From Candidatus Omnitrophota bacterium (GTDB lineage: Bacteria; Omnitrophota; Gorgyraeia; Zapsychrales; JANLHA01): a DNA stretch of 32,000 nt. This document shows positions 1 through 9,536 of this stretch, in pieces. A model generated the notes under the pieces. That model was not told the DNA's origin and did not search any database. It was given only the letters and a program-made list of their open reading frames with translations. The stretch spans positions 240,001-272,000 of the forward strand of contig OY759724.1 of NCBI GenBank assembly GCA_963662715.1, given 5' to 3'. The position numbers and the translations under genes were made by a program. Each line of letters starts with the position of its first letter. Within the stretch, counting starts at the first letter, position 1.

Positions 1-130
1 CGGAATCTGAATTCTGCACAACCTCGGATAAACGGGTATCGGTATCATAAATCAGGAATAACGGTGCGCTCCCAAAATGGGCAAAAATCTTGGATTTTAA
101 ATTTTCATTCTCTGTGACAGGGATAGCCAT
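1..130 (-). CDS. NifX/NifB-type (Fe-Mo cofactor-like domain) protein, C-terminal part cut by window edge
   Basis: Not in the ORF track because it runs off the edge. The reverse complement from the ATG at 128-130 reads MAIPVTENENLKSKIFAHFGSAPLFLIYDTDTRLSEVVQNSDS... The HFG-x-AP-x-F-x-IYD N-terminus is typical of Nitro_FeMo-Co domain proteins. It lies 27 nt downstream of the DUF134 gene. Confidence 0.55.
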   Translation of the reverse strand, partial: MAIPVTENENLKSKIFAHFGSAPLFLIYDTDTRLSEVVQNSDS

Positions 131-157
131 TCTCATAATATTCTTCTCTCCTTTGAA

Positions 158-469
158 TCATGACATTCTGACATGCATGACGGTATCGTTATTCCTGGAT
201 TTGATTCTTAGAGCCTTCCCGTTCAAAAGCGCATCAGCAATCTTCTTATGAGCTGTCTTAAGAATGTTGCCGAACGTCTGCCGGGAAATATCCATGCTTT
301 TGGCCGCATCTTCCTGATAAAGCTCTCCCAGATCAGCAAGCCGTAAAGCTTCCAGTTCATCCATGGTCAGGCAGACTTCTTCCATCTGAGCCACAGGAAT
401 GCCTCTTGGTTTGAAATAAGTGGCTCCCGGATGACAGCACACTTTTCTTGATTTAAACGGCCTGGTCAC
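158..469 (-). CDS. DUF134 / UPF0251 family predicted DNA-binding protein
   Basis: The 103-aa translation contains the family hallmark FKPRGIP...LTMDELEALRLADLGELYQEDAAKSMDISRQTFGNILKTAHKKIADALLNGKALRI, a sigma-70 region-4-like HTH. Confidence 0.8.
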   Translation of the reverse strand: MTRPFKSRKVCCHPGATYFKPRGIPVAQMEEVCLTMDELEALRLADLGELYQEDAAKSMDISRQTFGNILKTAHKKIADALLNGKALRIKSRNNDTVMHVRMS

Positions 470-568
470 TCACGCCCTCTGTTATTAGCATATGCCAATA
501 ATATCCCATTTAACGCACTCTGTCAACAGAAGGCCCAACATCCCTGAAGAACGGGATCAAAAAAGAAT

Positions 569-1210
569 TTAATCTTTCTGCCGGGAAGGCCCCTGCAGCT
601 TCTTTTTCAAACTCTCAAGACGCAGCTGCTGTGCCGGCTTCAATCGGCGGCTCTGCAGCATAAAATCAATCATAACCAACTGATACTCCTTATCAATAAC
701 ATGATAGTCCTGCTCAACGAGCAGAGATATAATGCTGTCAATATCCTCCCCGCGTCTTTTCGGGATTCCTAATAATGGCGGCAGATGATGAAAAGAAGAG
801 AACCTCAGGAAGAAAACTTCCAGGTCGACCTCCGGTTTTTGGACAGCCTTATCAAGATATTTCAGGCAGTCTGTCAATCCGGCAAGTTTCTTCTGCGGAT
901 TAAAAGCGAATTTAGCCTGCAGCCCCCGCAATGTTCCGTAATAAGCCAGAACAATAGCCGGGTATTCTTCCGGCTCCCCCGGGAATCTTTTCTGAATATA
1001 CGCCATCAATTCATCCGTCATCATTGAATTCTCTAAGGCTTGCGAGAGTTGTTCTTTTAAATAAAGCCGCGCTTCCCGGATATCGGCGGACACGGCCCCT
1101 TCCTGCCGGGGAAGCTGTCGGGGGCTGACCGTAGCCGCTGAAGACCTCACGACAAGCAAACTCAATATCCCGATCAACCATACCTTGATCTGCCCGTCAT
1201 ATCTTTTCAT
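569..1210 (-). CDS. hypothetical exported protein
   Basis: 213-aa ORF with an N-terminal hydrophobic signal-like segment (KVWLIGILSLLVVRSSAA). The rest looks helical. No family recognised. Confidence 0.55.
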   Translation of the reverse strand: MKRYDGQIKVWLIGILSLLVVRSSAATVSPRQLPRQEGAVSADIREARLYLKEQLSQALENSMMTDELMAYIQKRFPGEPEEYPAIVLAYYGTLRGLQAKFAFNPQKKLAGLTDCLKYLDKAVQKPEVDLEVFFLRFSSFHHLPPLLGIPKRRGEDIDSIISLLVEQDYHVIDKEYQLVMIDFMLQSRRLKPAQQLRLESLKKKLQGPSRQKD

Positions 1211-1316
1211 AAATGTCCGGTGTCTTCCCTAAAAAACATATATTACGGGCCGGCATGTTCAAAACTGAGCCCGACAAAAAATCCCGGCTCAGGGCCCATC
1301 TTCCTCTGTTTTGCAA

Positions 1317-1349
1317 AACGCCGCAACTTTGCTCAAAAGTTACGGCGTT
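1317..1349 (-). terminator. putative rho-independent terminator closing the rSAM operon
   Basis: Minus strand reads AACGCCGTAACTTT-TGAGC-AAAGTTGCGGCGTT followed by TTGCAAAAC. This is a 14-bp stem with one G-U pair, and the U-run partly overlaps the stem. It lies 36 nt after the stop of the 1385..1804 gene. Confidence 0.45.
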
Positions 1350-1384
1350 AAAATATCAAATTCCTTCGGCATTCCGGCTGTCAG

Positions 1385-1804
1385 CTATGATGATTCTCCT
1401 TTCGGACGCAGAAGAAACAAAACCAAAGCGACGATGAAAACAAAGATACCGTTCTGCCATATCCTGGCATAAGGGACATTGAAGGCCTGATGAATAGCAG
1501 GAGCAAAGGCGAATCTCTGCAGACTACGCAATAAAAGCCACAGGATATTTCCGTAGATAATCACCTTGTATTTAACCGGGTCTTTATACGCAAAATACGC
1601 CATAAAGGCAATCGCCATAAGGTAACACCCCATCATCTGCAGGATATAATATGTCTGGGGGCTGGCCTGGGTCAGCGTTGCCCCATACAAAGCAGCCCCG
1701 ACTTTCACCGCCAAAGGGCCGGAAATAAAGCAGATGAGGCCTAAGGCCATATTAACAACAAAGACCCATCCCAACATGAACCGAAGGACAAGATGTTGTT
1801 TCAT
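1385..1804 (-). CDS. small integral membrane protein (about 4 TM), last gene of the rSAM operon
   Basis: 139 aa, with four hydrophobic stretches visible (LGWVFVVNMALGLICFISGPLAV, YYILQMMGCYLMAIAFMAYFAY, IIYGNILWLLL, NGIFVFIVALVLFLL). It starts 61 nt downstream of the GH3 gene. Confidence 0.6.
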   Translation of the reverse strand: MKQHLVLRFMLGWVFVVNMALGLICFISGPLAVKVGAALYGATLTQASPQTYYILQMMGCYLMAIAFMAYFAYKDPVKYKVIIYGNILWLLLRSLQRFAFAPAIHQAFNVPYARIWQNGIFVFIVALVLFLLRPKGESS

Positions 1805-1865
1805 GATCCCCTCCTTTTTAATAGGGCATTTTGATAGATATACACTTATTATGACCTAAAAAATA

Positions 1866-3644
1866 TTATTTTAAATAAAAACCCGAAAATTCTCTGACAA
1901 GATCTTCAAAAGGCACTAAAGCGGCTGTTTTAATGTCTCCTAATTTCTGACCTTGCCCCTGACAAAAACGCAGATATTTCTCCTGAATACGTTCTTCCGG
2001 ATCGATAAGGAACAAACGGCACGGACGGAGCTGCCCCAGCTGACGGCAATACCGGTAATGAAAATTCTTCTGCAGTCTTTCTTCCAGGTCCTCAAGAACG
2101 CTTTCCAAATCCCGGTATTCCTGCGGCTCTAACTGTATCAATAAAACATACCTGGCCGCCTGCCGGGACGGGAATCTTTCCGGGATAACTGTGTAAAATT
2201 TGGGATGAAGAGAATATTTCCGGAAAATTTCTTTCAACTGCAGGTCAACGAAACAGGCATTCATTTTTTCTCCGAACAAATCTATAACCCGGTCTTCTTT
2301 ACCGACAAAACGAATGAGCGGGCACTGCCGGAAGAACCCGACCACCTCAATCACATCTCTTAAGCGGTAACGATAAAGTCCTCCCCCTGTCGTTATGACG
2401 ACCGAATATCTCCTGCCTTCTCGCAGTTCGTGGGCCAAGCGAATGCCCGGACTTTCCGGGGGCCCGGATGAGCCGGAACGATCGTGTTCAATGAATTCAA
2501 AAAAATGCGAATGAATCGCCAGGGCGCTTCCCGGATGCCCGGCGAGCGGGAAAGAAACAAGCCCCTCTGTTGCGAGCAAGCCTTTGGGTTGGATATGAAC
2601 ATGCGGGAACCATGTTTTCAGTTCTTCCAGGGCGGTCCCGGCATGCCCGTCGGCCCAGCAGCTGATCACGTGCATATGCGGCCAGATTCTTTTCAGCAAG
2701 ACCGCTCTTGCGGCAACGGGACTTTCGCTGTCAGGGAATTCCTTAAAAATATCAGCCAATTCTCCCGCTCTTCTCTTATCGGCTTTTAAATACCGGTATA
2801 GCGCGGCGCGGGTGTCCTGATCGATATCAATAGCAGGGTTGATTTGTCCCCAGCGGATATCCAGGATGAAATCCCCGGCATATGTCCCGATGCAGCCTAA
2901 CAACAAGGATAAAAAAGACGGATTCCAAACAGAAATGAAGGAAAGGTCTTTCTCCGCCAGCAGGAATAAAACCGTGACATAGCGGAACGCGTCAATATGT
3001 TTTATCCGGCTGACCTCCCCAGGGACAGCCAGAAGTTTTTCGATCAATCTTTTTTCAAAACCGCTTAAATAATCACTATCATGACGGAATCCGACCGGGA
3101 TACGGCTCTCCGGAGAATCAAACTCAATGGCCGGGCTGATGGACCAGTAAGCCTTCCCGAAAAGCAGCTGAGGATGCTGCCGGTAAAGATCATAAATCCA
3201 CGGCCGTATGCCGTTTAAAAATTCCTGCTTCAGGCTTTTGGTGTAAGGGATTAATTTTGACGCTTCTGCGGATCCACTGGAAGGTTCAAGCAAGAAAACC
3301 GGGTCCCCTGTCAGGACCTGCGGCTCTCCGGCCAGGATCCTTTCAATGTAAGGCATAAATGACTGATAGGTCGCTAACGGGACATGCGCGCGGAAATCCG
3401 GGATACGGCGGACAGCGGAAAAAGAATGCTCCGCCCCGAAAATTGTGGAACGGCTGCGGGCGATAATGCGCCTTAAAATATCTTCCTGCCTCTTGGCCAC
3501 GGCCCGGCAGCCGAACCCGAACCTCACGGCGGGGAGCCAGCAGATAAGGACCCATAAGCTGTTCAGCAAAAAATAATAAAGTCTAAGACAATTCAAGGGC
3601 GGCCACCTTTTGTTCAGGGAGATCCCGGGCCGAGGCCTCCGCAT
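1866..3644 (-). CDS. GH3-family acyl-adenylate-forming amido synthetase (bacterial GH3 auxin-responsive-promoter family)
   Basis: 592 aa of typical bacterial GH3 length and layout: FG..HSF...IPDFRAHVPLATYQSFMPYIERI, then SSGSAEASKLIPYT (the AMP-forming P-loop-like motif), then YRYRLRDVIEVVGF. The maximal ORF overlaps the upstream rSAM gene by 62 nt. A TTG at 3596 preceded by AAGGTGG is a more plausible start. Confidence 0.8.
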   Translation of the reverse strand: MRRPRPGISLNKRWPPLNCLRLYYFLLNSLWVLICWLPAVRFGFGCRAVAKRQEDILRRIIARSRSTIFGAEHSFSAVRRIPDFRAHVPLATYQSFMPYIERILAGEPQVLTGDPVFLLEPSSGSAEASKLIPYTKSLKQEFLNGIRPWIYDLYRQHPQLLFGKAYWSISPAIEFDSPESRIPVGFRHDSDYLSGFEKRLIEKLLAVPGEVSRIKHIDAFRYVTVLFLLAEKDLSFISVWNPSFLSLLLGCIGTYAGDFILDIRWGQINPAIDIDQDTRAALYRYLKADKRRAGELADIFKEFPDSESPVAARAVLLKRIWPHMHVISCWADGHAGTALEELKTWFPHVHIQPKGLLATEGLVSFPLAGHPGSALAIHSHFFEFIEHDRSGSSGPPESPGIRLAHELREGRRYSVVITTGGGLYRYRLRDVIEVVGFFRQCPLIRFVGKEDRVIDLFGEKMNACFVDLQLKEIFRKYSLHPKFYTVIPERFPSRQAARYVLLIQLEPQEYRDLESVLEDLEERLQKNFHYRYCRQLGQLRPCRLFLIDPEERIQEKYLRFCQGQGQKLGDIKTAALVPFEDLVREFSGFYLK

Positions 3645-4938
3645 AATACCTGACTAATCTTCTGGAGTGGTGGCGGAAACTGAAACTCGCGGGCACTGTC
3701 ACCCATGGCAAATGGGGATGAAAAAGCGTTCTTCGCATGATGGATTTCAACGAATAGGTATGCGTCCAGAGCCACGAGAGACCATTCTGCAGCTGTTCGG
3801 GCGTCATGCGTGCGGGCTGAAACACCGCGTGTTCATAATCATATTTGTCCCAGTCATGGTGAAGGATTCTGCCGCCGGCCGTTAATTCTTGGTAAACAGC
3901 CGTTCCGGGAAAAGGGGTGAAGATCGTATAACGCACCAGATCTATTTTGACTTTATTAACAAATTCCAGGGTCCGTTCAAAAACCGAAGGGTCGTCTTCG
4001 TCAAAACCCAGGATGATGCACGCCATAACTCCAATTCCGTAATCATGCAGTTTACGGACAAGCGTCTGATATTTCTTCACCTGATTAAACCCTTTACTCA
4101 TTCTCCGCAGAGACGCCTGGGAAATGGTCTCGAAGCCCATCAACAGCCCCCGGCATCCGCTCCGGACAGCCAGGGAAAGCAGTTCATCATTTTCCGCGAT
4201 CTTGACCGTTGATAAACCGACCCATTTCACCTGCAGCGGGATCATGGCCTCATATAAGCTTTTCGTATAATGCAGATCTTCCGTCGGGCTCGGGTCAAGA
4301 AAAATAAAAGGCCCTCCTTCCATGCTTCGCATTTCCCGCACGACCTCTTCAACCGGCCTCTTGTAATAACGCAATCGTCTGGCCACAGGGACAGCGCAGA
4401 AGTGACACGTGTTCGGACAGCCTCTTGTGGCCATGATCGTCTGGGTTGTTAAATACCGGTCTTTTTTCAATAAATCCCTCCGGGGGTGCGGAAGTCCGGC
4501 TAAATATGTCTCGGGCTGATCGTCATAATACTTTCTCAACTGCCCTTTCTGAAAGTCCCGCAACAGCCGCGGCCAGCTCTTTTCGGCAAAACCAATAACG
4601 ACACAGTCAGCATGTTCAGCCGCCTCCTGAGGCAGGACCGTCGGATGCACCCCGCCCAAAACAACCGGGATGCCCCCGGCTCTTATTTTATCCGCCAAAA
4701 AATATGCCCGGGGGGCGGTCGCAGTACACGCGCTGATGCCTACGATATCGGCGTCCAGGTCCTCAGGCAGTTCTTCGACCCCTTCATCGACAATCCGGAC
4801 AACGGCATTCAATTCTTCGGGGACCAGGGCCGCCAAAAGCGTCAAGGTCAACGGCGGGTAAAGAATAGACCGGGTAAAGCTTCCGTCCCGGAACCTGTAT
4901 GTCGAATCGTAAGGTAAAATAAGAACAATTTTCAACAA
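3583..4938 (-). CDS. B12-binding domain radical SAM protein (class B rSAM), paralog 4
   Basis: N-terminal Rossmann-like B12 module (IVGISACTATAPRAY...VVLGGVHPT) followed by the radical SAM cluster motif CPNTCHFC. The start is a TTG (4938, or 4935 with AAGGAG upstream). Confidence 0.85.
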   Translation of the reverse strand: MLKIVLILPYDSTYRFRDGSFTRSILYPPLTLTLLAALVPEELNAVVRIVDEGVEELPEDLDADIVGISACTATAPRAYFLADKIRAGGIPVVLGGVHPTVLPQEAAEHADCVVIGFAEKSWPRLLRDFQKGQLRKYYDDQPETYLAGLPHPRRDLLKKDRYLTTQTIMATRGCPNTCHFCAVPVARRLRYYKRPVEEVVREMRSMEGGPFIFLDPSPTEDLHYTKSLYEAMIPLQVKWVGLSTVKIAENDELLSLAVRSGCRGLLMGFETISQASLRRMSKGFNQVKKYQTLVRKLHDYGIGVMACIILGFDEDDPSVFERTLEFVNKVKIDLVRYTIFTPFPGTAVYQELTAGGRILHHDWDKYDYEHAVFQPARMTPEQLQNGLSWLWTHTYSLKSIMRRTLFHPHLPWVTVPASFSFRHHSRRLVRYYAEASARDLPEQKVAALELS

Positions 4939-4954
4939 AAGCTCCTTATGATTT

Positions 4955-5674
4955 TCAAACGACGCTTTCCCCCATCACCTTGTAGGCGGCACGCTTCAAA
5001 TTATCTTCGGATATTTCCGCCAGGCAAACCAGCTCATCACCCAGACCATAATGAGGATTTTGGTTTAAAAAATACCGGACGTGAGGATTCCGCCGTCTTC
5101 TGTCATCGATGTCCGCCACGCCTTCTTTTAATCGCTCTCTGGACTGCTCAAAATGAATGACGCCGGTTTCCGCGTTATACTGCGACCCGAATCTTGCGTA
5201 AGCCAAAGTGTCCATCACCTGTTTTTCAAAGCCAGGAATGACCTGACCATGGCAGGGATAAAATCTCTTAAAATACACCGGCAAAAACCGGTATGTCTTA
5301 TACCCCATGCTAATAAGAAACCAGTAAAACTTCGGGAATGAATATTTTCTCCGCAGAGAGAGCATAAACTCAAGCCACACTCTTGCCAGCTCGCTGTCAC
5401 CCCAGAATTCTCTTTCTATGATCGTGTCCCCGGAAAAGACCGCCCACACGTTTTGCCCGAGGACCTCCTCCTGCATTAACCGCAGCGTTGAAAATCCGCG
5501 GATACACTGAGTGTCCTTATCCCGCAAAAGAATAACCCAGTCCTTTTCTTCCATATCCCGGGAGAAATTTTCCGCAGAGACATTTTCAAAATACGCCGCC
5601 AGTATTTCAAACATCCTCTGCTTCTCCTGCGGCAACAGCTCGGCAATATTCACAACACGCCCTTGGAGTTTCAT
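4955..5674 (-). CDS. hypothetical protein, possibly an acyltransferase (GNAT-like) fold
   Basis: 239-aa ORF with GAGGGG 6 nt before the ATG, in tight operon spacing (32 nt from the upstream gene and 16 nt to the downstream gene). The strand-then-helix pattern (WVILLRD...IRGFSTL...AVFSGDTII...ELARVWLEF) suggests a GNAT-like core, but I cannot name a family. Confidence 0.5.
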   Translation of the reverse strand: MKLQGRVVNIAELLPQEKQRMFEILAAYFENVSAENFSRDMEEKDWVILLRDKDTQCIRGFSTLRLMQEEVLGQNVWAVFSGDTIIEREFWGDSELARVWLEFMLSLRRKYSFPKFYWFLISMGYKTYRFLPVYFKRFYPCHGQVIPGFEKQVMDTLAYARFGSQYNAETGVIHFEQSRERLKEGVADIDDRRRRNPHVRYFLNQNPHYGLGDELVCLAEISEDNLKRAAYKVMGESVV

Positions 5675-5706
5675 GGTCGCCCCTCAATCCGGCAAAGGTC
5701 CGGTTA

Positions 5707-7047
5707 TTAGGTGAAGGCAAAAATACCTTTTTGTTTCAATAACATTTTAATCCCGACATTATGCACCAGGAGAGGCCAACGGTAAGGCCCGCTCCTTTTC
5801 GTTCTGTGAAGAATGGACCGTAAAGTCATCATCTGGGCTAAAAGTTCTTCTATGGCTGTCTGCAAAGACCTGCTGCCGGAAAAATTTTCATTCCGAATAA
5901 GGGCATAAGGGTTGTGTTTTTTCAGCCAGAACTTTTCATCCGTAAGCAGCCGCCGCCGCTTCAACGTCCGGTAAACCGGGGTCCCGGGGAAAGGATACAA
6001 GGGATTGAGCACAATCATCGGCACGGAATGTTCCGTTAAAAATCTTTTCGTCTGCACGAAAGTTTGTTCATCATCTTCCAGGAACCCCAGAATCATTCCC
6101 AAAACAAGAATGATCCTGTGCTTCTCCAGCCTCCTTAACACCGCCGAAAAATCCTGCGCCGTGTTGAATCCTTTATTAACCGAATTCAACGATTCGTCAT
6201 TAATGCTTTCCAGCCCCACAAAAACGGAATAGCAGCCAGAGCGGGATGCCGAGGCAACAAGCTCCTCGTCCTGACAGGATTGATAGGAAAAATATCCCGA
6301 CCAGTGAATACGGAGCGGCCGAAGGCTCTCGAATAAGCGCATGGCCCGGTCTTTTGACGTTGTCAAATTATCATCAACAAAAACAAAAAGCGGCTGCCTG
6401 ATCCCCGGATAATCTTTGAGGAAGCGTTTTATATCCTCAACGACCTCCTTTATGGGCCGGTACCGGATCCCCCCCCGGTAGACCTCAGGGGTACAGCAAT
6501 ACGCGCAATGATTCACGCAGCCCCGCGAAGTTTCTAAAGGAATTTTAGTCCCGTAAAAAGCGCTGTACAACTTCAAATTCAACAAATCAAAACGGGGGAA
6601 CGGCATCTGCTGCATGGAAAAACGTTCCGGAGAAAGATACCGCTGTTTCACGCAGCCGGATGCAAAATCGTTCCAGAACGCATCCCAGGAGGTTTCGATC
6701 TCTCCGCAGATGACCGCGTCGGCGAATCCGGCCGCCTCATCCGGACAGAGATTGACATGGTAACCGCCCAAGAGGACGAAGACACCCCTCTTCCTGAATT
6801 CCGCAGCCACCTCATACGCTCTTTGAGCCTGCGGTGTTTTAACGGAAATACCAACCAAATCATAAGGGACATCAAAATCAATATCCTGCAGGGTTTCATC
6901 AATAAGCGTGATATCCGCTTCCCGCGGGAAAAAAGAAGCCAAATACGGCAGGATGAAACTGGGGCACAAGCCTTTTTTGTGCCTCGACTTGTAAAGCCTG
7001 CCGGTTTGAAAATTATAATGTCCGGGCTGAACTAAAAGAATTTTCAT
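5707..7047 (-). CDS. B12-binding domain radical SAM protein (class B rSAM), paralog 3
   Basis: MKILLVQPGHYN..., LVGISVKTPQAQRAY, VLLGGYHVN, and cluster motif CVNHCAYC. The ATG at 7047 has AGGAAAC upstream and lies 10 nt after the stop of the preceding gene. The track's 7140 start would overlap that gene by 83 nt. Confidence 0.85.
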   Translation of the reverse strand: MKILLVQPGHYNFQTGRLYKSRHKKGLCPSFILPYLASFFPREADITLIDETLQDIDFDVPYDLVGISVKTPQAQRAYEVAAEFRKRGVFVLLGGYHVNLCPDEAAGFADAVICGEIETSWDAFWNDFASGCVKQRYLSPERFSMQQMPFPRFDLLNLKLYSAFYGTKIPLETSRGCVNHCAYCCTPEVYRGGIRYRPIKEVVEDIKRFLKDYPGIRQPLFVFVDDNLTTSKDRAMRLFESLRPLRIHWSGYFSYQSCQDEELVASASRSGCYSVFVGLESINDESLNSVNKGFNTAQDFSAVLRRLEKHRIILVLGMILGFLEDDEQTFVQTKRFLTEHSVPMIVLNPLYPFPGTPVYRTLKRRRLLTDEKFWLKKHNPYALIRNENFSGSRSLQTAIEELLAQMMTLRSILHRTKRSGPYRWPLLVHNVGIKMLLKQKGIFAFT

Positions 7048-7057
7048 CGTGTTTCCT

Positions 7058-8164
7058 TTACAATGTCGCCAGTTCAATATAAGGGATCCGTGAATCCAAA
7101 CCTTGAAAATCCCTGTCGCCGTCGGGCCAGCAGGCAACATAAACCCGGCTGCCTATCTTCAGGTTCGGGAATACGGCAACGGATTTATTCAAGGGGTCGT
7201 TTTCGTGCAATCCGATCATCATAAAATCATAACCCTTATTTAAGAATTCCCCAGCGGCCTCACGCAACAATGCTGTACTGACTTCTTGCCGGTCCTCTGT
7301 CACGGCAAGCCAGCTGACATAAAAATACCGGAAAGAGTCTCCCGCCCGGGGCCACACAGGATAGCCTTTCTGTTTCGCCCAGAAATTATAGAGCGGCCGG
7401 ATGAATTTCATCCTGCCCTGATATTGATGCACAACAATCTGTTTAAAACGGCTTTGATCCCAGCAGGCGCAGACGCCCAGGATCCGGTTGTTTTCTACGG
7501 CAATAAGAAAATTTTCGATCTTCAAATCCCGCAACAACGGCCCCGACGTTTTAAAATTTTCCTTATCAAAGAAGGGGAAAAACTGCTTGCGGGGTCCCTC
7601 CCGGCCCAGATAGGCCTCCACCTGGTCCAGCATGTCCGGGGAACCTTTGGTAATCTTTATCCCCGTCGGAGGAAGTTTCTTATGCGCCAGGGGGATAACA
7701 TAGGTATTCAGCTGACCGATATCATGATAATGCGGTAAGCCGGCCCGGCCGGAAACCAGGACCTCTTTGACGCGGGTGTTGTCGGCCATAATTGTGGTGA
7801 GATAAATCCGGGCGCGTTTATCTTCATGCAATTGCTTTAAGAAATGATACCCGCGGCCTAAAATCAGCCGGTTCCGGCAAGCCCGGCTGATACGCAAACT
7901 CCCCAAATATCCGACCCGGCTCAGTTTCCCGTTGACAAAGACTTCTCTGACTGAACGGCTGGCCAAACCGACAATCTTACCCGCCGCCTGATCCCGGACG
8001 ACAATCGTCTGATTCCATACCCCTTCCGTACAGGCAGCCTGAAAGTAATTCGGTTCGCGGGTGAAAAGCAGCGAGACCTCTCCCTCCATAGGGGACGCCT
8101 GAAGCAGAGCCCTGAGCTGGGCATCATCTTTCTCGCGAGCCAATTCAAAATGAAAACGGGCCAT
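7058..8164 (-). CDS. GNAT-family acyltransferase-like protein, apparently two-domain
   Basis: 368 aa. The N-terminus (ELAREKDDAQLRALL...IVGLASRSV...GYLGSLRISRACRNRLILGRGYHFL) fits a GNAT core with an R-x-x-G-x-G-like CoA loop. The C-terminal half looks like a second degenerate acyltransferase-type domain. Confidence 0.65.
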   Translation of the reverse strand: MARFHFELAREKDDAQLRALLQASPMEGEVSLLFTREPNYFQAACTEGVWNQTIVVRDQAAGKIVGLASRSVREVFVNGKLSRVGYLGSLRISRACRNRLILGRGYHFLKQLHEDKRARIYLTTIMADNTRVKEVLVSGRAGLPHYHDIGQLNTYVIPLAHKKLPPTGIKITKGSPDMLDQVEAYLGREGPRKQFFPFFDKENFKTSGPLLRDLKIENFLIAVENNRILGVCACWDQSRFKQIVVHQYQGRMKFIRPLYNFWAKQKGYPVWPRAGDSFRYFYVSWLAVTEDRQEVSTALLREAAGEFLNKGYDFMMIGLHENDPLNKSVAVFPNLKIGSRVYVACWPDGDRDFQGLDSRIPYIELATL

Positions 8165-8174
8165 AAAATTATCC

Positions 8175-9500
8175 CTAATTCAATCCTTTCCCCAAAGGCA
8201 GGCCCTGACGTTTGTCGACCTCTCTCCCGGAGAAAAAATTATATAAAATATAGTTCCATAACATAGAAACACCGTGACAGTTGCTGCGGGCGTCAAACCG
8301 TTGGGATATGGACCGGACAGAATAAAACTGCTGCCTGGCTCTCAGGCAGGCCCGGGAAAGATCCTCGGCCGACATTTTCCGGGGATGGAAAGCCACATCT
8401 CCGAATTTGTACCGAGGATCGAGCCACCAGTTGTCAGACAACAACCGTCCCTCAGACTTGAAATGACGATACAAAGGTGTCCCGGGAAACGGGACAAGGT
8501 GATTAAACGCCGCCAAAAACATTTTCTGCTTTATCGCAAACTCCAGCGTTTCTTGAACCGTATCCAGGGTGTCTTGATCATATCCGAAAACAAAAGTCCC
8601 GTAAATCACAATTCCGTGGTCCCGGAATCTCTGCAAAGCCTGCTCATAGGATCTGTATTGCAGGTTCCATTGTTTTCCCATTTGCGTCAAATTCTTCTGA
8701 TCCAACGACTCAAATCCCATTAAAACCCCCAGACAGCCGCTGGCTTTCATAAGAGTCAGCATACTCTCGTCATTCGCCATATCAATGCTCCCCTGGCTGA
8801 TCCACTTGATGTTCAACGGGATCAGGGCCTGAAAGAGCTGTTTCGCCCGCTGAGGATCACAGGTGATATTATCGTCGACAAAAAAGACGATGCTCTTACC
8901 TATCTGCCGGATCTCCTCAATGATTTCAGGGATGGGCCGGGGCCGGTATGTATGCCGGAAGAAACTGCTTACAGAACAAAACTGGCATGCATAAGGACAC
9001 CCCCTTGCCGATTCAATAAGCGTAACGGGAAGATACGTCTTCCGGTTAAAAATCGTTCTCTTGGCCCGGCATCCTTTCAGGACAGGGGCATCGTTCCTCT
9101 GATAAACGGTTCTCAATTGTTTGGCCCTGGCGTCTTCACAAATCTGTTCCCAGATGCCTTCGGCCTCGCCTATCAGAATGGCATCCGCATGCCGCCCTGC
9201 TTCCTGGGGAACGAGCGTCGGATGATATCCGCCCAGAACAACCGGAACGCCCCTTTGCCGGTATTCCCGGGCAATATGATAACTTCTTTTCGCCGTATAC
9301 GTTTCTACGTTGACGGCGACGAGATCCGTGGCCTCATCATAAGGGATGGGCTCAATCCTGTCATCGTAAAACCGGACCTCTATATCCTCAGGCGTTAATC
9401 CGGCCAACAGGGCTAAAGCCAGAGGCTCCATCTTCCATGACCTGACATACGGTTCATGATTTTTCCTGCCGACAGCAGGCATGATCAGAGTGATCTTCAT
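8175..9500 (-). CDS. B12-binding domain radical SAM protein (class B rSAM), paralog 2
   Basis: MKITLIMPAVG..., LVAVNVETYTAKRSY, VVLGGYHPT, and cluster motif CPYACQFC. The stop lies 10 nt before the next gene's ATG. Confidence 0.85.
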   Translation of the reverse strand: MKITLIMPAVGRKNHEPYVRSWKMEPLALALLAGLTPEDIEVRFYDDRIEPIPYDEATDLVAVNVETYTAKRSYHIAREYRQRGVPVVLGGYHPTLVPQEAGRHADAILIGEAEGIWEQICEDARAKQLRTVYQRNDAPVLKGCRAKRTIFNRKTYLPVTLIESARGCPYACQFCSVSSFFRHTYRPRPIPEIIEEIRQIGKSIVFFVDDNITCDPQRAKQLFQALIPLNIKWISQGSIDMANDESMLTLMKASGCLGVLMGFESLDQKNLTQMGKQWNLQYRSYEQALQRFRDHGIVIYGTFVFGYDQDTLDTVQETLEFAIKQKMFLAAFNHLVPFPGTPLYRHFKSEGRLLSDNWWLDPRYKFGDVAFHPRKMSAEDLSRACLRARQQFYSVRSISQRFDARSNCHGVSMLWNYILYNFFSGREVDKRQGLPLGKGLN

Positions 9501-9536
9501 AAATACAAGCCCTTTCCGGCTCGGGATATTGAAACA

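Noticed and set aside
7048-7140. 31-codon N-terminal extension of rSAM paralog 3.
   Set aside because: It would overlap the upstream GNAT-like gene by 83 nt. The ATG at 7047 has an SD and gives the MKILLVQP start shared by the paralogs.
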